A stretch of 47,800 nt of DNA from Catajapyx aquilonaris (lineage: Eukaryota): the NCBI GenBank assembly GCA_000934665.2, contig KZ538781.1, positions 1 to 47,800 of the forward strand, given 5' to 3'. Positions 11,207 through 23,300 of this stretch are shown here, in pieces (the first letter of the stretch is position 1; each line of letters opens with the position of its first letter). A model generated the notes under the pieces. That model did not search any database. It had not been told where the DNA came from and was given only the letters and a program-made list of their open reading frames with translations. Position numbers and translations under genes: made by a program.

Positions 11207-12986
11207 TTAAGGGTTATCAAACTGGGTTCAGTGGGGCTTAACGTCGGCCTATTTCTGCCTCTATGGCTCAACACCGACGCCAGGGGGTGGTCCTCCTCCT
11301 GGAAATTTGGCCACTCTGGGGATCTTTAACGTGCACCCGCGCAATGTCAACTATCAGTTGATTTGAACGAATTGAGCACAACATTTTTGTTCAATTGAAA
11401 TTTTTTGCTAGTTCTGGCAGATGATTTTCATGCAGTGGAAATGATAATTATGGTAAAATATAATGACACATTTTAAAATCTGGCAGAATCAGGGTCGACA
11501 CATCCAGCACACACTGCAGTAGTAGTAATTTCCTCCCTGTTGTTTTAATACAAGTAAATATTTGCCTCCGTAATAACACTCAGCAGTGTAAAGAGCACAC
11601 AGCACAGGATTTGTCATTTATTCCGTAATCCGTACACAAATGTTAGCGCAACTCAACCATCGCACCCAGCCTTGCACTAGTCCACGCAGTCGGCTAGTCG
11701 CACTCGGAACCGTGCTCGGAACATTGCATATCATGCGCATGCCCTCTTTCGGACGTTGCCAGAACAGCGCATATGACGTCACCTGGAAGCTCCCAGAAAA
11801 AGAAGAAAAAAAAAAAAGAAGGGCAAGCTGGTAGGGATTGGGGGAGGAGGGAGTGTACAGGGGGTGGAGGAGCTGAGCGGGAGAGTTGTAGAGGGGTGAG
11901 GGGGAGGAAGGGGGGATAGTGGGAGCAAGTGGGAGAGACGGTAGCTGGGATTGGGGGGCTTGGGGCATGAGGGAGAAACAGGGGAGATGAGTGGTGGAGG
12001 GAAAAGGCTAGGCAGCCATCTTGAATAGTGACTGGACCAGTACCAACGCCCTCAGCCCACATATTACGGAGTTAAGCTGGTGAGATAATTTTTCAAACAG
12101 TTTTCCCCCTTCTGAAGCCCTGCTGGAACCGCGGGCCGACCCTGGTTTGTGCCCTGAGTATGTCTGTAGTATTGGGGAAGCGGGATAGGGACTGAGTGAG
12201 GTGGTTTCCGGGCTGGGAGTGGGCAGGGGGATCGATCGGGGAGAGGCGACGCTACGAGTCGGTATCCAGCCCGCGTCCATCTTGATGCACAGCGCCAACG
12301 GGTGCCGATTCAGTGAAATTTTTAGCCGTTAATGCCCCCTGTATTCCGGGCTAGAAAGTAAGGGAAAGAAAACGGCGTTCTGGACATTTTCGTCCGGTAG
12401 ATTGCGTCTGGTCGGGGTGGGAAACCAGGATTGAAAATAGAGGCAGTCAAGGAAATGGGGGGGAATTGCGGGGGTGTGTGCCCCGGGGATAGGCGATCCT
12501 GATCGTGGCCGGACAGTTGGACATGGTAATTGCCCCACCCCCAATCTGGGGATACACACTAATGCAGGGTTTGAAGTTCAGGTGAGCATCAGGTTTTCAG
12601 TGCAGAGGTTATGGAGCATTGCATAGGACCAAGTTGTGTATGTGGACCGTTGTGTACAGTACTACCCAAATGTGGATTGTGAAGGATTAGAGTCATTCCT
12701 GGGATGCGTACTGATCATTGGTGGAGCATGCAAGCTTGTGCCAATCAAATGACATTGAGAGCGTGCGCTTGTAAACATTTACGCTGCGGCCTACTGCCGG
12801 TGCTGGCACGCTCGCTGTGAGAAATATACAATGTCATGTGTGCTTGTGGTTGTGCTGCCATGATTCATGAAGGTGACTGCATACATTATGCTGACAGAGG
12901 AGCATTTTTAACATGCATTTTGGTAGTAGTAGTGAGCAATGTACATTACTATTGAAGACATGAAGAGTTGCACATGAGGTAGGGAA

Positions 12987-13200
12987 GGGGTGGCACGGTG
13001 GTGTGGTGGCCAACGTCACAGCCTTCCATGTCTGAGGTCCCATGCTTGATCCCCATATTGGACAGAGGACACTTGATCATGTGGAAAGAGTTTCGAGAGG
13101 TTCTCTCCGGGTTCGTGTGGGTTTTCACAGTGTTCTCCGGTTTCCTCACACAGTCCCAAAATCTCCTCCCTTCTCACTCGCCCCTATGCCAGATAGCCTT
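12987..13200 (+). mobile_element. tRNA-derived SINE with a V-domain-like core
   Basis: Degenerate A/B boxes followed by GTGGGTTTTCACAGTGTTCTCCGGTTTCCTCACACAGTCCCAAA; related head at 36443-36570. Confidence 0.6.
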
Positions 13201-13520
13201 AGTTGCTTTGGCTCCCCCAATCAACCATGAGGTGGGAAAGTTCTAATTTGAGGCTGAAACGACTGTGTCATATGTTTAATGAAAATTTTCTGCCATTGCA
13301 AAAAAAAATGAACCCTCCGAGGGTTGATAATATTAGCCAATTTAATCCATTGTGATGATTAAACTTCATTGTACTCTTTACAATAGACTTGACTTCTAAA
13401 ATAACATACATGCAGTCCTTGTTATACCACCTCTGCTGTACAACTGTCACCACGGAATCACAAATTTTAGGAACAGAAAAAATTGGCCTATGCCTGTGCA
13501 CCACCTAGAAAATATTTTCT

Positions 13521-13666
13521 GAGAGGGCAGATCAAGAAAGTCAAGACTGATTTTCCCCCCGACCTATTTATTGGCCTGGATCAATGGGTACCTGGTCTTT
13601 TCCAAGTACTGCCAATTCAATTCAATGCACCACTTCAATCATTCCTCCTCCTCCTCCTCCTCCTCC

Positions 13667-13699
<33 letters not shown>

Positions 13700-14323
13700 N
13701 CCCCCAAATCATCAAAGGCATGGCAGAAGCTATTCTTCATAACCTCCATCAGGATCACCTCAGATTTCTTCAGCACAGCCATAGATGTCTCTTAATTGAT
13801 GTTCTTGTAGCTTGCATTTCAAAGTGAGGAATTTGTAAAAAGTCACGTGGAGCTAGGCCAGGGTTGTAAGGTGGCTGGAGTGTGCAGGTGATGTTTCTTT
13901 TAGCCAGATATTTTGTTAACGATATTTACAACATAATGCCTGACATTGTCATGATGGAGTCTCCATCCACTCGTATGGACTTCCAAGTGTTTTTTGGCAA
14001 CGTGCTCCCAGAGATTCTTTCACACAGTAGTACTGTCCGGTGACAGAAGTGTGTTGGGGAACTGCATGTTTTTTCCCAGGCAAAACAGAATTTGATGGAT
14101 GCATACTGCTCCTTGCTTGGCACCTCCTTTGTACTCGGAGGTGAAATTGAATGAGTGATCTTTGCAATGAGCAGAATAGCCAGACTAATGCTCATATGGG
14201 CTGTCATCTATCCACCTCATGAAACTAAGCCTGCTGTTTTCAATTATGGCCACTCTTAAAACTGTAAATTCAGAGCAATATATATATTTTTAAATCAGTC
14301 TTGACTTTTTTGAACAGCCCTCA
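13521..14323 (-). mobile_element. Internally deleted mariner element
   Basis: About 33-bp imperfect TIRs (GAGGGC...AAAGTCAAGACTGATTT). Remnants include EQYASIKFCF, PPYNPGLAPRDF (YSPDLAP-like) and WCIELNWQYLEK. A (CCT)n/(CT)n tract lies inside. Confidence 0.8.
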
Positions 14324-14824
14324 TATGACACTGGTATTTTCCCCATGTGGAAGTTTTTATTTTTTGTACGACGTTTTCCATATGCCCCTGTCCATTTGAT
14401 TTTTAAAAAAATTGGTTCAAACCTCACCCGAAATTCACAGTTTTTGCTTTTGTCGCAGGCATACGTAGAGTTTGAATCGACCAATCAGCACATTCGTTTT
14501 TGATTGTGGAGTTCAAATCCAGCGTGCCAAACATCACGAAAGATCTGCACCAACAGCGCATGTCTGCTTCACCTCCATAACAGGTAGGCTTGAGGCATAT
14601 TAAAGGCTTCCTATGGACCATATTCCACTATGGTTTTTTTTACACACTTTCATTTTTGGGAACAACCGGTTGTATAATGAGGACTGCTGGTAATTATTCA
14701 ACTAATTAATACATTAGCATTCATTATGTGCCATGATCAAGTAGGTGAGGGGATTTTGATTTACTTGTATTAGCAAGATGTGAATTTTGAGCATCTTTGG
14801 TTGCAATGTAGGAAGCACTCTAAC

Positions 14825-15694
14825 AACCAAACTAACTCTTCTTACCCTCCTAAATTTTGAAATTTTTTGGATTTTCTAACTCTGCTTGACCCGTAGTGTT
14901 GTGCAAACATCACTTCTGCTGCTAATTTTCACGTTAGCAGGGTCAAAATGCAAGCCAAAAGACCGAAATTCCGAAGCCACAACATCTGCATCCGGTCGCA
15001 GGTGGCCGGTCGCGGGTTTTCGCGACTGATATCAGTGATATAATAATAATAATGCTGGGGTAATGTGCTTTCGCCCCCACATGGGGGCATATATCACGGA
15101 CCTTTATTTATTGAGGTACATTTGGTGCCATATCATTTGAAACGCCCGGGCCCACGGGCAGGATGACAAGAGGGGATGTGCAAGGTGCAGTGCATCTGAC
15201 GCTGTGGCCATTTTTAGTGAACTCCCCCAGGTGGTTTAGTCTGTGGAAATACCACCCGAGATGAAGCCAGAGGTGACCCTGAACTCTGCACGAGATGAAG
15301 GGGGTGTCCCCGGGTTGGGATCGAACCCGGGACCTTAACATCCGTGGGCGCATACGTTACCGCAGCACCACTTCGCCTCCCCTTATATCAGTGATATGTA
15401 AATGATTGATTCAACTTGATTTATAAATTGCTACACAGAATCGATTTCGAAGTGTGTGAGATCATGTTCTACTTGCTGCGCGCCACCCTAGAGCGTGCTA
15501 CAGTCACGGCGACTGGGGACCTGCGACCCGCGGCTGGCTGCTAGGTGTTGTGGCTTCGGAATAGCGCATTTAGCTTGTATTTTGACGTGAAAATTAGCAG
15601 CAGAGGTGATGTTTGCACAACACTTTAGGCCAAGCAGAATTAGAAAATCCAAAAGTTTTCAAAATTTCGGAGGGTGAGAAGAGTTAGTTTGGTT
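14825..15694. mobile_element. Long-arm MITE (about 200-bp inverted arms) interrupted by a SINE
   Basis: aaccaaactaactcttct...aattttcacgt is mirrored at about 15585-15694. Confidence 0.8.
15041..15384 (-). mobile_element. Full-length tRNA-derived SINE
   Basis: B box GGTTCGATCC, (ATT)n tail and a 12-bp TSD ATATCAGTGATA (15029-15040 / 15385-15396). Confidence 0.85.
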
Positions 15695-16126
15695 ATAAGT
15701 CCTGTGTTCACAGATTTATGTACTGTTTTTCCATGTGAAATTTAGCACCAGAGTGACCATGTGACTTTTTAAATCCTACTCGGCTGTACAAAGATGGAAC
15801 CAAGCGAAGTAACAATAAGTGCATTATCACATTTTGAAACCCACCATTTGGAATGCCGTTCAAGAGAGATGGTTGCAGACTCATCGAGTACTCATAAATT
15901 CAGGCAATTTGCCAAAAGGTGGTGTATGACTGACAGAATCTGTGTAAAGATGGTGCCACCCTTTCAGACATATGAAAGGGGATCACAGAGGTGTTATTTG
16001 TTTTTGTGCATTAACTCTTAGGGCGCCGGTTGACATACGGGTGAGAACAAGACTTTGCGAATTTTTTACGGAACTTCGACAATGGGTAAATGAATGCAGT
16101 TTTCACCCTCTTCACAAGCACTATAA

Positions 16127-16252
16127 GGGCCAGTTTCACCGAGCTCGGTATATGATAAAACCAGGTTTCTTTAGGAAAATCCATACAAATATGTAGGGAT
16201 TTTCCCAAAGAAACCTGGTTTTATCATATACCGAGCTCAGTGAAACCGGCTC
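16127..16252. mobile_element. PIF/Harbinger-like palindromic MITE
   Basis: Near-perfect 126-bp hairpin flanked by TAA on both sides. Confidence 0.8.
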
Positions 16253-16869
16253 TAAGTAGAACTTACATGAAAAATCTCAGTGTGTGGGAATGTCCAGTGG
16301 CCATGATGTGGGGTCATTTGGGTGGCCACTCAGGGAACAGCGTGAGAACAATTTCAAGAATTAATTTTAAATATTAGCTGTAACCTACATAGTTTTTATT
16401 TATTTATAAATAATACATACATATACCCGAGCGCATTTTGTAAAATTTTTACGCTTATGATAATCCATTACGTCACAATTAATTGTTTTTTGCGTCTAAT
16501 TACCGTGACCTCATTTTGGTTTGTTCTGCGCAGCCATTGGCTCTCCAGCTCTCGATCTCGCACGCGATTGGCTCTTGAATATTTACCCCTGCGCTAAGCA
16601 ATCTGCGTATTCATTTACCCTGATGAATTATAATTATTTTTATGGGTTCTAACTACCCTATCTTGATGAAATATGTTTTATGTGAAAAAGGAGATGTCAA
16701 ACTAATTTAAAAATAATAATAAACTCAGGCAGACCATGGCTGGTCCGCACGCTCACCAAAGATGTTGCTTACATGATGGATTCTGAGAGTTCCGCAGCGC
16801 GTTAGACGGCATTCATATTAACTAGAAGAGGCAAATGCATCTTAGATGGAAAGACCTGGTGATTTCCTT

Positions 16870-17026
16870 TCTTACTCACTAGATGTCATGGGAATGGGCC
16901 TACGGAGAGTGTAGAAAGAAATTCTTAACGTAGTCCCTACCCTTCCCGCTGGTCTTCGCTGGAAAATGGCGGCGCCGTAAGAGTTAAAGGGAAGAAATTG
17001 AAATTTGTGGGAGAATATAGGTACTA
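16870..17026 (+). promoter_or_regulatory. Probable CTCF promoter and non-coding exon 1, with a YY1/Pho-type motif
   Basis: AAAATGGCGGC at 16963-16973, a motif typical just downstream of a TSS. Candidate donors are GCC|gtaaga (16977) and TAG|gtacta (17021). The ATG exon begins at a splice acceptor, so an upstream exon is required. Confidence 0.5.
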
Positions 17027-18153
17027 TATGGATATGTGATGTGTCTTGCTCTGTCTATAAGTGGTGTAAAAAATTCAGTAAGGCTGTAGATGGCATGACA
17101 GATAGGCTGCATCAAGGCCTGGTGAATTGAGCTATAATTCCTGGAATTTTTTTACAACGGTTGTAAGCACAAGACAGAGAGACATTGCATATCCATGTTG
17201 TGTGCCCTGTATTTTCCAATAAAATTCAATTAGTTTTGTACTTTTCATGCACTAATACAAATAACATCTTTAGGTTCTTTCATGGTGAATGTTGGAAGGG
17301 TTGCTGCCATCTTCACACTTATGCTGTCCAACTCAAACTCCACCTATCAACAAACTGCCTGAAGTTATGAGTACCGTACGAGTTCGCAACTAGCCCTCTG
17401 AAACAGCACACCTAGCATTTTTCTTTTGAAAATTTAAATTCCAACGTATAAAGTCGTCAATAATGATTATAGATCGACCAGTGTATAATAGCAATAGATG
17501 GGTTTTCATATTCCTGCTAAGCCGCTAATAGCAGCCTGCTTCTGCTAGTCAGGAGGGTCTTGTAGGCTTTCTCATGAACTAACATCGTTACTAGTTGTTG
17601 AAAGTACTGAAGTAGCCTACTGCTAAGTAGCAGTAGGATGGAAGTCGAACCCCATATTTTTTTTTTTTTGTATGTGACTGTTCCACAATGAGACGTTGAC
17701 CCCTGAAACAGTAACATTTTATATTGTTCCGAATTAATTTTCATCTAGATACTGTACCCCAAATGTAGGCAGCTTAAATCATAGCACATTTTTGCAAGGA
17801 ACTTAGCCAGATATTTAGGGTCTCAATTTGGCAGCACCCTTTCCATTTGGGACAAAGTTACTGCATGTTGCGTGAGTCTGTGTACCTAGGCACTTCTCTC
17901 CAGGTGCTGTCTTCAGCTTCCTTATTGCAGATTTCTACCTTGAATTCCATTCCTAGCACTCCCAATACACCAGGCCAACCACCATATATGCACCTGCTCG
18001 GCTTCCACCCTCACAATCAAGAGTAAATGCACCCGAGGGCCATGCCCTGCTTACGGGGTATGAAATAAATAAAAATAAATAAATAAATAAATAAGAGTAA
18101 TTGCACCCAAAGGGAAGCTTGTCAGTTCACAGACTCCCGAAACAAGCTACGAA

Positions 18154-18447
18154 TGGTGTTCATTAATTCAGCTGCAAAAATGATATTGGTGGTAGGGTGT
18201 GCCTATGGAAGAAACATGGCTTGGGTCTGAAAGGTTGGCAATGTTCCATTTAGATGTTGACCATTGAAATCAACGCTGTCAATTCTGACAAGTATGGACA
18301 CCTCGGTGCATGCCTGCAGTGTTGGTTGTTATGCCAGGCGCTGTCACAAATATGGAGCATTGCTGATCCTTCAGACTCAAAACATGTTTCTTCCATAGGC
18401 ATCCTGAACCACCCATATCATTTTGGCAGATGAATTCATGAACACCA
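18154..18447. mobile_element. Degenerate MITE with about 95-bp inverted arms
   Basis: tggtgttcat...gcctatggaagaaacatg is mirrored by catgtttcttccataggc...atgaacacca. Confidence 0.65.
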
Positions 18448-18981
18448 AGTTCTGACTCTTGTAACTACTACTAGGGATTTGCTGTTCACATTGTTAAAAG
18501 ACAGGTTGTACTGGCTTTATGCATTTGGTGCAATTTCATATCAATCTGGACCTTACTGAAAGCCCTGCTTGTCACATCCTGTTGGTTTTTCTCCCCATTC
18601 CCATCTGATCCTGTCTTTCTCCTTTCCTAGCCCCTTGAACAACTTACCACCTCTTAGTTCCAACTGCTTGCCAAATTTGTGATGATGTACTATGTAGCTC
18701 AAAAAGATGGAGCTATTTTGCATTGGTCTCAATCGGTCTCAATGCTAAATCATCTCCATCTTTTTGAGCGATATAGTCCCTCAGGATCCAGCAGTTGTAC
18801 AATGAACAAAATCTGGTGGTTTGTGTTCATCTCGTCAAGCTCTTTCCAGCAAATTAACAGTGAGTAGTTTCACTTGGTAAACGACATGTTGGGAGCAATA
18901 GCGGTTAGATTGGGAAATTATTTGCACCTGTGGTGGGGAATGGTCCATATTTGCCATCTAAAGGATTCAAGGAATACTTAA

Positions 18982-19233
18982 CCCTGGAACCGTGGCGTGG
19001 GGTCTTTTTGGACCCCAAGGAAAAAAGACATTAAAATGATCATTACAAGGAACTTTTGCCATTTTTTTACAGTATAAAACAGGAAGTGCATGTTTATTTT
19101 GAATTAGCGATCATTTTAGGCATTGTTCAAATAATGATTGGATATAGTCAATACATTGAAAAGTATAATATAATAATTAATAGAAATTAAAATATGGTGA
19201 GGTCCGAAAAGACCCCACGGCACGGTTCCAGGG
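18982..19233. mobile_element. piggyBac-type MITE copy 2 (opposite orientation to copy 1)
   Basis: TTAA TSD and the same TIRs as 10941-11206. Confidence 0.85.
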
Positions 19234-19237
19234 TTAA

Positions 19238-19399
19238 AGGGACAGTCCACTTTAGAGACAAGTTGGTCTCTAAAAATCGGCCCAAAAATCAAATTTCCGC
19301 CGGTGCAGTCCTTTTTTCTCTCATCCGCTCCCAAGGCGAGAGATCATATTCGTAAAATAATAGTCTCCCGCTCAGCGAGTGGTGATGCCTGGTGGCAAA

Positions 19400-19442
<43 letters not shown>

Positions 19443-19803
19443 ATGCAGGCGGCGAACCACAGATGAGAGAGGGGCCTCGTTCATTGTCTGCTTCCTGACG
19501 TCCCGGAAATAGGCTGGTGCCAGTTGGCACTGACATCGTCAATGTCACACTTCTGTGTGGAGAAGGCATCACTTAGCTCGGATGTCCAGGGGAAATAGTG
19601 GGGCTACGCAAAGCACCTACAACCCATGTTTAGTTCTGCCGTCATCTGGTGACGTCGCCACCTGCGCAGTTTTTGAACGACAACACTTCCAGCTTTCGCC
19701 CTGGGGTTACCATTCGGATGACAGAGAAATGGACTGCACTGTCGGAAATCTTCTTTTTGGGACGATTTTATGGACGAGCTTGTCTCAATAGTGGACTGAC
19801 CCT
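19238..19803. mobile_element. Kolobok-like MITE
   Basis: TTAA|AGGGACAGTCCACT...AGTGGACTGACCCT|TTAA; long imperfect arms; internal (CA)n at 19403-19440. Confidence 0.75.
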
Positions 19804-20255
19804 TTAAGCTACAAATATGTGCAAAGATTTCGAGCATGCAGTTTTTAAATGGCCATTGTGCACCCGATTAACCTGTGTCAGATTTCAACTCACCATTCAT
19901 ATTAGTGTAAATTTTGTGGACTCTCCCATGTCAAAGTGCCAGAGTGTACACAATGAGTACTAGCTAGGCAGGAGAACTGAAGGCACATTCTCCTCCATGT
20001 GCAATTCCCCTCTCATGCAATCAGCAGGGACAGTGGTAGGGCTAACTCTAAGTAGACAAGTCAGTCAGCCAGAATAACATTCATCAAATGGTACTGGTAT
20101 TCAGTTCACACGTGAAGTCTGGTACATGTGGTACCACATGATGTAGAAAAAGAATATGTCATCTTGCACCTCTTGACATTGACAAAAGTTTTGGGAGTAC
20201 ATTGATGTACAAATGAGATATGCCATGTTAATTTCTTCTCGAATTGCAGAGAAAC

Positions 20256-20361
20256 ATGGAAACAGCTCATGATGGCGAAACTATAAATGCCATCCAAACT
20301 TACCTGGATACGTTTAACAAAGAGATTCAAAATGGCGATCCACCTAGTACTCCCTCGGAAG
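20256..20361 (+). CDS. CTCF: CTCF coding exon 1 (METAHDG...[13 protein letters not shown]...)
   Basis: Acceptor ttgcag ends at 20249, ATG at 20256, donor AAG|gtttgt; a 61-nt intron follows. Confidence 0.8.
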
Positions 20362-23300
20362 GTTTGTGTACATGAAGGAATATGAAATCATCACACTGAA
20401 GTCGGTACACTGACTTTTGCAGATTCTGCAATAGCAACGCAGAGCAGCGAGGGAAGTGAAGGCACTTTTTATGTCGACCAGGCCACAGGTCAATATTACT
20501 ACCAAGCTTCAGATGACCCGCAGCAGCAAGTTATATCTGTCCTTCCAGGTACTCTGTAGTGGCATGTAGTGATTTATTTTTAAAATAATGCGGGCTGTTG
20601 CACCCCACAGATTCCGGAGATGGCCAAGACAGTGGTGTGTCCATCACGGACAGTGACAGTGTCCAGGAGACGACGTTTGTGGCAATGCAGCCACAGGACA
20701 GTCAAGAGGAGGAATCAGGAATTGGATTGGACTCACAACAGGCAAGGACATTCAGTGTTTAGAAGGCTCATCATATTCCTATTCTCCTCTACTCTCGATT
20801 AATGGAGGTGGTCCAGAATCTAGAAATGCCCTGATTGCTATTCAGTTCCCTTCCTATCTTGCTGTTTTTAAATTCATTTTGTGCTTTTTTCACAGGAGGA
20901 GCACGAATCCAACAGTCAGGTGATTCTCAACACAGGGGATGCATATCAGACTGTTACGATTGTCCCCTCAGACACCAATCCCGGAGAGGTCAGTTATGTA
21001 CTAATAGTTCAGCAGCCTGATGACAAGGAAGGCGAGAAGAGTGATGACCAGGACCTCACAGTGTATGATTTTGATGAGGGTGAGGAAGGGGCTGCTCTGG
21101 TAAGTGCACTTGTTACTTTGATCAAGTACATCCATCAAGGATTTTGCTACAGTGAATTTCTTAATTTTCCAATACAGGATTCTGGTGAGGAAACTGATGA
21201 CAAATCGAAAATTGTGAAAATAATGCCCAAGAAGTCTCAGACAGTAACGCAAGCTCACATGTGTAATTATTGCAACTATACGAGCCCAAAACGCTACCTG
21301 CTGTCTCGCCATATGAAGTCTCACTCAGAGGAGAGGCCTCACAAGTGCAGTGTGTGTGAACGTGGTTTCAAGACACTAGCTTCCTTACAGAATCACGTAA
21401 ACACGCACACTGGCACAAAGCCTCATCGTTGCAAGTTCTGTGACAGTGCTTTCACAACTTCAGGTGTGTTGCATTTGAATGTGTCATTACCTTGTGTATA
21501 GTAATAATATACAGGTCAAATCTCGTTTTAGAAAATACCAATACAACAAAATTTCAATAGAAGGCAAAAAAATTTAAATTTTGGTTGGCCAGCCATAATG
21601 TATTTGTAATCCCGTTATTACGAAATGCATTACTATGAAATTTTCAGTACAACAAATACGAAAGGTAGTTTCCGAGCTAGTATTGAACCCGATATTACAA
21701 AATATGCACCAGTGCAATGCTCCACCACTGTCGAGCGATGAGCAAGCGTGCCATAAACGCCAAGTAAGCCAGCGACATGATCGCTGAAGCGTGGTCGGTG
21801 GTCGTGCATAATACCATTAACAATCGTGAAATGTTGGTGTAAATGTTGCATCACAGGGTCGGCAGTGTCTGTTTTCGGGAGTGACCAGGACACCGAAGAC
21901 TCAGATGACCCTGATGATGTGTGTGTGTGGAGGTCCGTCACTTCGGTTGTAGCGGCAGATGACGATATACAAGTGTGCCAGGAGTTGACAGTTTCAGACA
22001 TACTTGCAGGGGAAATAAAAAAATAACCGATCTCGATGTAACGAAATTCTGTTATTAGGAAAAATTTGCCTGGTCCCGCTGGTTTCATTATAATGAGATT
22101 TTACCTGTAGTAGAACATTTGTGCATTATTAGGCTAACTGTGTCTTTTAAAAGGTTGGTTAAGTAGAGTACAATGTGCAAGTTGCAACATAGCTGGGGAA
22201 GATGATCTGGCTCTTGCTGACCTAAGGCGAGGCCATTATTACCTGGCTGCCAGAGTCTCTCCTTCCCACCTCAGCATTTCTTTTTTGTTCTTATTCACAC
22301 ACTGCAAGGCTTGTTTCTTCTTATAGTCCACAGAACAATCCTATTCAATAGGTAACATGGCAGAAGGATGATAATTGAGTTTGGGACATTTTTGGTCCCC
22401 CAACTTTGGAAGTAGGGAGGTTTCACTGTTTTGCTCATACTTGATCATGTGGAAGCTAACATTTTCAATAATTTTTAGGTGAACTTGTGCGGCATGTGCG
22501 ATATAGACATACCCATGAGAAACCCCACCGCTGCACAGAATGTGATTATGCCAGTGTGGAACTAAGCAAGCTCAAGCGTCATATGCGCTGCCACACCGGA
22601 GAGCGCCCTTATCAGGTGAGTGCTCGTTTTATAGTTAATATGCTGTACTTGAGTTGATTCAAAGTTATTGCACATATTTTAAAATTCTAAGACCGTAACA
22701 TATATTATAAAGTGAAGATTTTTATTATGTTTTGAAGCTTCGGCCATAACAGTTTAAGTTGGTATACAGATAGTCCTGGTTTACAAACGACCTGACTTCC
22801 AGCAATCCGTACTTACAAACGGGCTCCCAAGGCTCCCCAGAAAGATCATTTATAATGATCCTTCCACTTTCAATCAGTTCTGCATACATTGACAGACACC
22901 AGGTTCAACATAAATACTGTATAATTAATAAATAAGTGGGAAACTATGTTCTTCCGCTCATGTAAACAAACACATGGTTCGATGCCATAAGATGGCCTGA
23001 GCCTGATACGGAGCAGCTGTCGTTCATGAGCATACATGAGCAGTTGCTCAGAGCTGTAGGTGTCATCAGCACTCTACAGTGTTGGACATAAATTGAGGCA
23101 TACTGCCAGCGACATTTTCCGAGCCGGCAGAAGAAGGAATCTTGCTCGCCTGGCTTGCAGTGTCCTTATCTTCGATTCCTTCTTCTGCCACTTCGGAAAA
23201 TGTCGCTAGCAATATGCCTCAATTTATGTCCATCACTGTACCACAGCACACTGTCCCATACTGGGCCAAAGTTTCCACAGAGGGCGAGATGAAAGACTCG

